In this document: positions 19,296 to 27,337 of the stretch, in pieces
How the letters are laid out: each line of letters begins with the position of its first letter
How positions within the stretch are numbered: the first letter of the stretch is position 1
Origin: Vibrio vulnificus CMCP6
GTDB lineage: Bacteria > Pseudomonadota > Gammaproteobacteria > Enterobacterales > Vibrionaceae
Length of the DNA stretch: 32,000 bases
Direction of reading: 5' to 3'
NCBI RefSeq assembly: GCF_000039765.1
Contig: NC_004459.3
Coordinates: forward strand, 2,781,127-2,813,126
The notes under the pieces: generated by a model
Database searches by the model: none
The model's input: the letters and a program-made list of their open reading frames with translations, nothing else
What the model was told of the DNA's origin: nothing
Program-made: the position numbers and the translations under genes

Positions 19296-19331
19296 CCTCT
19301 TTTGTCTTTGCCTCAATGATTGGAGTTGGAT

Positions 19332-19847
19332 ATGTCGGATTTACCAACCAGTTCGTTTAAAAGCAATAAGCTGCTCTCAACAGAGTTTCTCCTTAGTCGC
19401 GACCGTGTCGGGGCGTTGATTTTTCTTCTACTCTGCTTGGGCTATGGCTACCAAACCTACCAAATCCCATTATTCCCGGGGGATGAATACGAGCCGTTCA
19501 ACGCTCGCACCCTGCCCTTCATTCTTACCGTGATTGGTATTGGGCTTTCGTTGCTACTGTTAGTGACGGGCGAACCAGACAGCAAAAGTGGTGCTGTGAC
19601 CAAGTTTGACTGGAAGCTGTTGATCGCTTTCTTGGTGCTGATGGCACTGTATGGCTTCGGCTTAACCTATCTTGGCTTCGTCTTAGCCACGGGATTTTTC
19701 CTGTTGGCGGGGTTCTACCTACTTGGCGAACGACGCAAAAGCGTCTTGTTTGGTGCTTCTTTCCCATTCGTATTGGCGTTCTATCTACTGCTCACCAAGG
19801 GGTTGGATGTTTACCTCGAACCGGGCTTGATTTTTACCCTTTGGTAA
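19332..19847 (+). CDS. tctB: Tripartite tricarboxylate transporter small membrane subunit
   Basis: Four hydrophobic helices; ATG at 19332 preceded by TTGGAGTTGGAT; between tctC and tctA. The track start is 19320. Confidence 0.85.
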   Translation: MSDLPTSSFKSNKLLSTEFLLSRDRVGALIFLLLCLGYGYQTYQIPLFPGDEYEPFNARTLPFILTVIGIGLSLLLLVTGEPDSKSGAVTKFDWKLLIAFLVLMALYGFGLTYLGFVLATGFFLLAGFYLLGERRKSVLFGASFPFVLAFYLLLTKGLDVYLEPGLIFTLW

Positions 19848-19868
19848 TTGGCATAAGGAACTGATTTT

Positions 19869-21410
19869 ATGTTAGACGGAATTTTACAAGGTCTATCGAC
19901 CGCAGTGATGCCAATGAACCTGATGATGGTGATCATTGGTTGTTTTGTCGGTACCTTTATCGGCATGTTACCGGGTTTAGGCCCAATCTCGGCCATTGCG
20001 CTGATGATCCCAATCACCTACGGCCTAGAGCCCTCTTCGGGCATGATTTTGATGGCGGGTGTTTACTATGGCGCGATTTTTGGCGGCTCAACCTCTTCTA
20101 TTTTGATCAACGCTCCGGGTTGTTCTTCAACCGTAGTCACCGCGTTTGATGGCTACCCAATGGCGCAAAAAGGCCAAGCGGGTAAGGCGCTTGCTTTGGC
20201 TGCTTACGCCTCGTTTACTGGCGGTACGCTATCAGCCATCATGCTGTTAGTGGCGGCACCTGCACTGGCCACCGTGTCACTCAGTTTCCAATCCTCAGAC
20301 TATTTCGCGCTGATGCTGGTTGGGCTTTCTGCGGTAGCGGCTTTTGCTGGTAAAGGACAAGTGATCAAAGCATGGATGATGACCATTCTTGGCTTGATGC
20401 TCTCAACCGTCGGTATTGATAAAGGCGTTGGTGTAGAACGATTTACGTTCGGCCTGACTGATTTAATGGATGGTTTCAGCTTCTTGCTATTGGCGATGGC
20501 GACCTTCGCTTTGGGCGAAACATTGATGGGCATTCTCAAGCCGGATCAAGACAACAGCGCCGAAGAGCAAGAGCGCATGAGCAACATTGGCTCGATGAAA
20601 GTGACTCGTGAAGAGATCAAAGAAGCGGCTCCCGTCTCCATTCGTTCTTCTATTCTGGGCTTTTTTACCGGTGTTCTACCGGGTGCAGGCGCAACCATCG
20701 CGGCTTTCCTCAGCTACGGCATGGAGCGCAATTTGGCACCGAAAGAGAAACGCGAAGAGTTTGGTAAAGGCAGCATCCGTGGCCTTGTCGCGCCTGAGTC
20801 GGCCAACAACGCCGCCTCAAGCGGTTCATTTGTGCCACTGCTAACGCTCGGTATTCCGGGTTCAGGCACCACGGCCATCATGCTTGGCGCGTTGATCGCT
20901 TATGGTATTCAACCGGGTCCTCGCTTGTTTGTTGACCATCCGGATGTGTTTTGGTCGGTGATCATCTCCATGTACGTCGGCAACATCGTACTGCTGATCC
21001 TGAACTTGCCGCTGATCCCGTACATCTCGCGCTTGCTGGCAGTACCAAGAACCGTACTGTTACCGATGATCTTGTTCTTCTCCATCACTGGCGTTTACTT
21101 GGTGTCATTTAACACCATGGATGTGTTTGTGATGCTGCTGGTGGCGATGGGAGCGATTGCGCTTCGTCTTGCCAACTTCCCGCTCGCCCCTCTGCTGCTT
21201 GGCTTTATTTTGGGTGGCTTGATGGAAGAAAACTTACGCCGCGCGCTGATGATTTCGGATGGACAGATCAGCTTCTTGTGGGAACGTCCGCTAACATTGG
21301 CCTTTACGGTGATTGCGATTTTGATGGTCAGCAGCCCGCTATTAGGTGCGATCTACCAGAAAATCAAACCCAGCACGGCAAAGTCGAACGTCCCCCAAGC
21401 AACCAAATAA
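19869..21410 (+). CDS. tctA: Tripartite tricarboxylate transporter large permease subunit
   Basis: 513 aa with [28 protein letters not shown] and [19 protein letters not shown], signatures of TctA. Confidence 0.94.
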   Translation: MLDGILQGLSTAVMPMNLMMVIIGCFVGTFIGMLPGLGPISAIALMIPITYGLEPSSGMILMAGVYYGAIFGGSTSSILINAPGCSSTVVTAFDGYPMAQKGQAGKALALAAYASFTGGTLSAIMLLVAAPALATVSLSFQSSDYFALMLVGLSAVAAFAGKGQVIKAWMMTILGLMLSTVGIDKGVGVERFTFGLTDLMDGFSFLLLAMATFALGETLMGILKPDQDNSAEEQERMSNIGSMKVTREEIKEAAPVSIRSSILGFFTGVLPGAGATIAAFLSYGMERNLAPKEKREEFGKGSIRGLVAPESANNAASSGSFVPLLTLGIPGSGTTAIMLGALIAYGIQPGPRLFVDHPDVFWSVIISMYVGNIVLLILNLPLIPYISRLLAVPRTVLLPMILFFSITGVYLVSFNTMDVFVMLLVAMGAIALRLANFPLAPLLLGFILGGLMEENLRRALMISDGQISFLWERPLTLAFTVIAILMVSSPLLGAIYQKIKPSTAKSNVPQATK

Positions 21411-21442
21411 CAATAACCATCTCCATATTGCACTACGTTATG

Positions 21443-21467
21443 CCGCCTCAACTGAGGCGGTTTTTTT
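21443..21467 (+). terminator. Rho-independent terminator of tctCBA
   Basis: CCGCCTCA-ac-TGAGGCGG followed by TTTTTTT. Confidence 0.9.
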
Positions 21468-21495
21468 GTTCGCGTTCGGCCACAAACATGACGAC

Positions 21496-22383
21496 TCAAA
21501 AAGCCGTCAGCATGATGGTCATTTCATCTTCATAGCGCCCTTCTCTTGCCGATGGCATAGGCGTATTTTCGAACTGTAAGCGAAAGCGTGTTTCACGCTG
21601 CTGATGAGGACGCAAGTAATGTGATACATTTAATCTTAGCGGCTGACCATTAAGAGAAGTGGCATACGGAATTTTATAGCGTGCATTTTTAACGTTGACC
21701 ATGTCACCTTGGTTTCGCGAATCCAGTTCCAATTTGACACTGCCATTGCTCACCACAATCACATCGAGTTGGCGTTGATTCTTCTCGGTTAAGTTGCCCA
21801 TATCAATACTGACGTTGGTGCCAGACACCGAGACATGTGCCCCCTGACGGCTTTCCACTCGCGCCCTTACAAAAGGTTTAACTTGGTAATTGAGAGACAC
21901 GGCTCGACCAAATTCGTTATTAGCCGCCTTAACTTTAAACTCAAAATCACTTTGATATAGCCCAGAAAGTAGCACTTTTCCTTGAGGAATATGTACCCAA
22001 AACTCACTTCTCTTTCGCCCTTGGAGTGGCAAAATAAAATTGCCTTGCTGATCACGCTGCAGGCTTTTTCTTTGCCCATCCAATAGGTTAGACGCCACTG
22101 CGCCTTGAGGCCCAACAATCGGCTCCTTCCAACCGTTTTTGGCGTGAATCACCAATTGAGGAGAGCAAGCGAGCAGCGCCCCTTCCAACTCAACATAGCC
22201 TTGGAACCACAAGACATTATCGGAACTGCTAGCGTTGTCCACCGGATGACTGGACAACTGCACAACAAATTCGCCTTGGCAGGCTTGCGTTGCAGGCTCT
22301 GCCGCTGCCAGAGGCTGGGAAACAAAACAGATCAGAGTGCCAAACAACACCCGTGTGATGCGCCGAGTGAGAGAGTTACCCAT
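21496..22383 (-). CDS. Exported chaperone-usher-associated protein, candidate minor/tip subunit
   Basis: 295 aa with signal peptide; last gene of the chaperone-usher cluster, 18 bp after the usher; beta-rich sequence ending in DEMTIMLTAF. Confidence 0.55.
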   Translation of the reverse strand: MGNSLTRRITRVLFGTLICFVSQPLAAAEPATQACQGEFVVQLSSHPVDNASSSDNVLWFQGYVELEGALLACSPQLVIHAKNGWKEPIVGPQGAVASNLLDGQRKSLQRDQQGNFILPLQGRKRSEFWVHIPQGKVLLSGLYQSDFEFKVKAANNEFGRAVSLNYQVKPFVRARVESRQGAHVSVSGTNVSIDMGNLTEKNQRQLDVIVVSNGSVKLELDSRNQGDMVNVKNARYKIPYATSLNGQPLRLNVSHYLRPHQQRETRFRLQFENTPMPSAREGRYEDEMTIMLTAF

Positions 22384-22401
22384 CTTCTCCTCCTTACCAA
22401 T

Positions 22402-24804
22402 TTAATGTGCTGATTTGTCCATCAGCACCACGTTAATCTGACCAAGATTGATCAAGCTGTTGTCTGACTCAGGGATCACAATCCACAAAGTTTCAGCGCT
22501 TAAACCTGATAGCTCTAAACGATACTCTCCGGGTGCGATGCCTTGAATGTAGAATCGACCTTGTTGATTGGTAAAAAACGCCATTCGTTTGTCGTCCACT
22601 ATCAGGCTCGCTTGACGATAGGCGATCGCTTCACCCTCGGTTGTCGTCAAAAAACCCGTTACCGTGTACGAGGCATCCGAGCCCATGATGAGTCGATGCC
22701 CTGTCGCAGCCCCTGGCGACACATCGATTTTTCCCGAACCCCAGTCATAACCAAGCGGGGCGTTGTGCACGTTGTACTCGATGATATTGATGCCATAGGG
22801 CTGCGAAATCGAAATCAAACCGTTGATACTTGGTGTGGCCAACGCGGTGGCTCTCCCTTCGCTATCCACATCCAAATACGCGGTCGCCTCCGTCAAAGTG
22901 GGATGCATGCTCGCCACCATAAAAGGCCCAGAAAGCGCTCGGCCCCATCCCCATTCACCGTCCACCATACCAAGACTGGTCGCGAGCCTAACGGAACCTT
23001 GATACTGCGCTTGGTCATCGAGGCGGTTTTGTTTTCGAACAAGCTCGCTTTCCACTCGAAAACGGTTGGCCGTATAACTGAGCATGGCTTTTTGACTCTT
23101 GATGCTTTGGTCCTGCTCGGCTTCAATACGCACGCCAATGTCATCGACATAGTTGAGCCCTTCGTTGTTGAAGTAGAGTCGGCTTCGCTCCGTCAAACTG
23201 TTGTACGATGCCCCAATACGGTGGCTCTCTTGTTCTGAATACCAGTTGTATTCAAACGTAAACAACAGACGGTTATCGCCCTCAACATATCGCGCTGACT
23301 CTTCATACTCTGAACCAAGGCCAACGGTAAGCCCTTTGTGACGCCAGTTAAGCAGCACAGAGGTCTGCACTTCGTCCTCTTTTTCGTCAAAAAGGGTGTA
23401 GCGACCTGACAACGTGAGATCGACAGCGTCGCTGATTTGCCAAAAATAGCTGCCCAAAATCTGAGAATACTGATTCCCCTCTTCCCCCACTCTCCACGGT
23501 TTGCTTTGAAATTGCTCGGAATACTCATACGCCAGACGCAAATTGGGAGATTGACTCTCCCCATTACCAATCACGCTATTTTCATAGTCCAGAGAAGCTA
23601 TACGACCTTGCTCTTGATTGTGGCTCCACGAAAAACGGCTGGTGAGATTGCCCAATCCAGTGCTGACCGTGGCCAGCATTCCGATCACGCCGCCCTCTTT
23701 GGCCCACAGTGCATTGCTGCCCAAAGTGAGCCAATCTGCCACCCCATACTCTAGATAGCCAGTCGCCAGCCATGCGTTTTCATATTCAATGCCTTGTTCT
23801 TGGTAAACAATCGGTCGGCCAACCGAAAAGGCGTAATCCAGCAAACCTTGTTGCAAAAGGCGCGCATTGTAGAACTGAGTAAAGGTCAGTACCTCTTGGC
23901 GGCCAGAAAGGTAATTCACCACGACGGTGACCTCGTTCGCACCATTATCTAAAATCAAGTTCTGCAAGTTGTACCTTCCAGCCTCTAAGCGGCCAGAGGA
24001 GACTCGCTCTCCATTCACATACACTTCAACTTCTGCCGATTCTTGCAGCAACAACTGTTGGCTGCTTTGGGGGCTGATCGAACGTTCAGGCTGTAAATCG
24101 GCATAACGGCTTTCTACGGTAAATCCCCCCAACGCTAATCCATAAAGATGGCCGGACTCACCACTGAACACATCGCCTACCGATGCGCGAAGCGGCAAGT
24201 CCGGATCGTCGTAAAACGCCAGCCATTCTCCGCGAACGTAGTCGTGACTCTCCTCATCCATTTGCAGATGATTGGCCAGTTGAAGATTAATGCCAGAGAC
24301 GCCACCCACGTTCATTTGGCTTAGCCAGTCGATGCTCGAATACCAGCTTTCACTCTCATTTTGCCAATGACGGTTGTAAGCAAAATTGAAGCTGTTGAGC
24401 CAGCTGACACTGCCACTCGCCGATGCTTGAAAAGGCGGATATTGTTGTGAAGCATTCAAGGTGCGTTCGCTTAAAGCCTCTTGCGGCAGCGTGAGGTCAA
24501 TGGTGAGTGACTCTAAGTTGAGGTGAAAATTAACGCCAAGCTCGTTCCATTTGTCGACGTGGATAAAATCACCACTTTGGTGTGCAAATCGTTCACGCCA
24601 CCAAGCGTCGGAAATTCTGTCTGCCAATAGCACGTTTAGCGCCTCTGCTGACACAGATTTCAGCGTCATGCCTTCAATTTCAATCGGCAATTCGCCCAAT
24701 TGCGTCTCGGAATACCAAACTGGCAATGAAAGCCGATATTCCGTGCAAAACCCGCTCACCGGGCATAAACAGAGAAATAGGAATGCATACCACCATCGCC
24801 GCAT
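22402..24804 (-). CDS. Fimbrial outer-membrane usher-like protein
   Basis: 800 aa; signal peptide; beta-barrel-like alternating sequence; SAEVEVYVNGERVSSGRLEAGRYNLQNLILDNGANEVTVVV (usher plug-region-like segment); SGLISISQPYGINI; C-terminal GxFYIQGIAPGEYRLEL. Confidence 0.8.
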   Translation of the reverse strand: MRRWWYAFLFLCLCPVSGFCTEYRLSLPVWYSETQLGELPIEIEGMTLKSVSAEALNVLLADRISDAWWRERFAHQSGDFIHVDKWNELGVNFHLNLESLTIDLTLPQEALSERTLNASQQYPPFQASASGSVSWLNSFNFAYNRHWQNESESWYSSIDWLSQMNVGGVSGINLQLANHLQMDEESHDYVRGEWLAFYDDPDLPLRASVGDVFSGESGHLYGLALGGFTVESRYADLQPERSISPQSSQQLLLQESAEVEVYVNGERVSSGRLEAGRYNLQNLILDNGANEVTVVVNYLSGRQEVLTFTQFYNARLLQQGLLDYAFSVGRPIVYQEQGIEYENAWLATGYLEYGVADWLTLGSNALWAKEGGVIGMLATVSTGLGNLTSRFSWSHNQEQGRIASLDYENSVIGNGESQSPNLRLAYEYSEQFQSKPWRVGEEGNQYSQILGSYFWQISDAVDLTLSGRYTLFDEKEDEVQTSVLLNWRHKGLTVGLGSEYEESARYVEGDNRLLFTFEYNWYSEQESHRIGASYNSLTERSRLYFNNEGLNYVDDIGVRIEAEQDQSIKSQKAMLSYTANRFRVESELVRKQNRLDDQAQYQGSVRLATSLGMVDGEWGWGRALSGPFMVASMHPTLTEATAYLDVDSEGRATALATPSINGLISISQPYGINIIEYNVHNAPLGYDWGSGKIDVSPGAATGHRLIMGSDASYTVTGFLTTTEGEAIAYRQASLIVDDKRMAFFTNQQGRFYIQGIAPGEYRLELSGLSAETLWIVIPESDNSLINLGQINVVLMDKSAH

Positions 24805-24834
24805 GATCGACCTACTTGGCCCCTAAGGCCGTGA

Positions 24835-25506
24835 TTACTTGACCAGCAAAGATTGCACATTAACGACAACACTTTGATTTGGAACCAAATATTGCATTGG
24901 CAATAACGGTTCTAACTCAACCCAAGACCAGTTCATCTTCTGATTGTGCCAAGTGACTTCGTGGCTCAGTTTGGTCAGCTCAAGCACACTGGTGCCTTCA
25001 TTACGAATGGTTAACTGCGCCGCGTCATTCTCGCCTTGAGTCAAATGGCTTGAATAGTCAGTTCGAACATCCTGAGGTGAGACAAAAATCAGTGCGCCAA
25101 TGCGGAAAAGCATTTGAATGCTGTCGTTACTGGATTCATTTTTTAGTGGCAGTTGGCTGGCAATTAAACGATAGGACTCCGCACTTAGCTTAGGCTCCCC
25201 AATGTATTGCACTTTAATGCTCTGCGATTTGCCAGGTTGAATCAGCACTTGTGGTGGAAACACCATTAGCTCATCGGTTTCTGACAAGGTTTCATTGTTG
25301 TTGAGCGAGACTTCTCTTTTGATTGGAATGAGTTCCACTGGTAGTGGAGCAAGAGAGGTATTGGTGATTTTGAAAAAAACCGTGGTTCCTTTACCGGCAT
25401 CGTCCAAAAACTGCACCATAGGGAACAGCTCAAATGCCAGTGTTTGACCATGAAAGAATGAGAACAATATCGTCAATAAGCAAATCCGTTTCATACGACA
25501 CCTCAA
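24835..25506 (-). CDS. Periplasmic pilus-assembly chaperone
   Basis: 223 aa PapD-like: FFKITNTSLAPLPVELIPIKREV, LMVFPPQVLIQPGKSQSIKVQYIG, SIQMLFRIGALIFVSP; immediately upstream of the usher. An alternative start is MKRICLLTILFSFF. Confidence 0.75.
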   Translation of the reverse strand: MRCRMKRICLLTILFSFFHGQTLAFELFPMVQFLDDAGKGTTVFFKITNTSLAPLPVELIPIKREVSLNNNETLSETDELMVFPPQVLIQPGKSQSIKVQYIGEPKLSAESYRLIASQLPLKNESSNDSIQMLFRIGALIFVSPQDVRTDYSSHLTQGENDAAQLTIRNEGTSVLELTKLSHEVTWHNQKMNWSWVELEPLLPMQYLVPNQSVVVNVQSLLVK

Positions 25507-25540
25507 TTAAAGGGGGACATGTCGTCCCCCACAAAGTGAA

Positions 25541-26050
25541 TTACATATGGTAGAGCGATACCCACATGTAGCCTTCGTATTTACCCCAACGAGCGCCTTT
25601 ATGAGGAAGCGATCGGATGGTCAATTTATGTTTGGATGACATTTGCTTATCAAGGCTATTGCTGACATCAATGGTGTCGACGATACGCGCTGCCATGGTT
25701 TCCGTTTCTGCATCTTTCACAGACACTTTGTCGTTGAATGAATATTCCATTGGAATTTCATCGCCGTTGCCGTTCTTAAACGCATATGGGTCTACCAGCA
25801 AAGTGCCTTTTGTTCCGTAAGAGTTGCACCAAGCTTTAAACGCGAAAGTTTTTTTATCTGACTTTTGCGTCAAATCGAAATTTAGCGTTTCGAGCTCTTC
25901 ACTTGCTCTCATTTCACAGCGCTTAGGCACTTCACCGCTAAACTTCACCAAAAAGTCAGCGCGTGCTTCGTCACTCACAACCCAAGAATTAGCGGCTGCG
26001 CCTGCGGAATAAAGAAGGGTTAACGCGACACAAGTTGCTAAACGTTTCAT
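25541..26050 (-). CDS. Candidate fimbrial structural subunit
   Basis: 169 aa, signal peptide ending around AAA-NSW, two cysteines, C-terminal GYMWVSLYHM; first gene of the chaperone-usher cluster. Confidence 0.5.
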   Translation of the reverse strand: MKRLATCVALTLLYSAGAAANSWVVSDEARADFLVKFSGEVPKRCEMRASEELETLNFDLTQKSDKKTFAFKAWCNSYGTKGTLLVDPYAFKNGNGDEIPMEYSFNDKVSVKDAETETMAARIVDTIDVSNSLDKQMSSKHKLTIRSLPHKGARWGKYEGYMWVSLYHM

Positions 26051-26322
26051 GATTGTTCTCCTTTACATAGTGTTCCTGCGGTGTAGTTCGTTCGTTGCAA
26101 GTTAAATTTACGCACATACGACTTTTTTACCATCGGTCATCTGACCAGTTAGAAACACGCAAAGGGATGAGGAAGGGCTAATTAGAAGGAAAAATTGATT
26201 TAAAACAAACAATATACAAAGAACTTGGCAGGAACTCGTCATTCCACTGCATTCTCTTTCTTGGACTGAATCAGAATATGAAGCTCTGAATCCTAGAAAT
26301 TGAGTCATTTGGGTATATAGAA

Positions 26323-26958
26323 CTACTCAATCATTAATGTCGCTAATTGCGATCGGCTTTGTTTTCCTGTTTTACATAAAATATGTGATACATGACTTTT
26401 GACTGTGCTTAAACTGACATTCAACTGTTCTGATATTTCTTTATTGGAATACCCCTGAAGCAAATAAAGAAATACTTTTTGCTCTTTGCCTGACAGTTCA
26501 TATTTGCTGCCAACCACATCCACTGAACAACTGGATGTAGCTTGAGTACGAACAATATTACGCAGCGCATAAGACATGGCTTCTCGACTGAACCACAATT
26601 GACCCGACGCCACCATTCGAATGGCTCTATGTAAGTTTTCCAGCGTTTTTTCTGCCTCTAAAAAGCCAAACCAGCCAAGTGAAATCAGCCCTTTCACGCC
26701 ATCCAAGTCTTGCTGCGTCGCGTTGGCTAAGATCCACGCACCACCGCGTGTAGTGGGAGAAATTAAATATTGAGAAGGATTTCCTAAGGTGAGGCGGTCA
26801 TAAATCACCAGCGTATTGTCACTTAATTGCCAAAGCGACTCTAGTGACGACTGCACCAAAAACTCATAATGGATAAAGGTATGTGATAATCCAGCAACCA
26901 CTAACGTCGACCACTCCGGATCTTTTGAAATAACCCATACCTTATGTGATTCCTTCAT
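26323..26958 (-). CDS. LuxR family regulator resembling VpsT/CsgD
   Basis: 211 aa with C-terminal HTH LSGKEQKVFLYLLQGYSNKEISEQLNVSLSTVKSHVSHILCKTGKQSR; degenerate receiver-like N-terminus; LWFSREAM motif before the linker. Confidence 0.82.
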   Translation of the reverse strand: MKESHKVWVISKDPEWSTLVVAGLSHTFIHYEFLVQSSLESLWQLSDNTLVIYDRLTLGNPSQYLISPTTRGGAWILANATQQDLDGVKGLISLGWFGFLEAEKTLENLHRAIRMVASGQLWFSREAMSYALRNIVRTQATSSCSVDVVGSKYELSGKEQKVFLYLLQGYSNKEISEQLNVSLSTVKSHVSHILCKTGKQSRSQLATLMIE

Positions 26959-27192
26959 CGTAAATCCTTCCTGGAAATGAAAATAAAGTACTATCGAACT
27001 ATAAGCCGTCTTTATGCATACTACTTTATTAGCAGATTTTGTTTTTGATTATCCTCACAATCCTTTTTTATTTATATAGAACTCATTTGTCATATCGCTT
27101 TATTTAAATGAGATTTAATAAAATCAGTTGTAACCCATATTTTTCTCGTCTAAATAAAAACGCCCCCAAACAAGTCGCGTAAATAAAGAGCA

Positions 27193-27234
27193 GAGTTAAA
27201 AGATAAGAGTTAAGAGATAAGAGTTAGAAGATAA
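27193..27234. repeat. Three-copy 14-bp tandem repeat, AGAGTTARRAGATA type
   Basis: agagttaaaagata / agagttaagagata / agagttagaagata, contiguous, differing by one or two bases. Confidence 0.85.
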
Positions 27235-27258
27235 AAATACGTGATAACAAAAGACGTG

Positions 27259-27284
27259 CGATGACATCATTTTTGATGTCATCG
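27259..27284. other. Perfect inverted repeat CGATGACATCA-tttt-TGATGTCATCG
   Basis: 11-bp perfect arms with a 4-nt loop, downstream of the protease gene; no convincing T tract. Confidence 0.6.
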
Positions 27285-27337
27285 ACGAAAGAGGTCACTT
27301 TACTCATCAATCAGCAAAGCAAAAGAATAGGTGACGT

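Noticed and set aside
22543-23238. Plus-strand 231-aa ORF opposite the usher
   Set aside because: Antisense shadow ORF; the usher frame is continuous and has clear family features.
27193-27234. Tandem repeat considered as a CRISPR
   Set aside because: Contiguous 14-bp units without spacers; no cas-like genes nearby.
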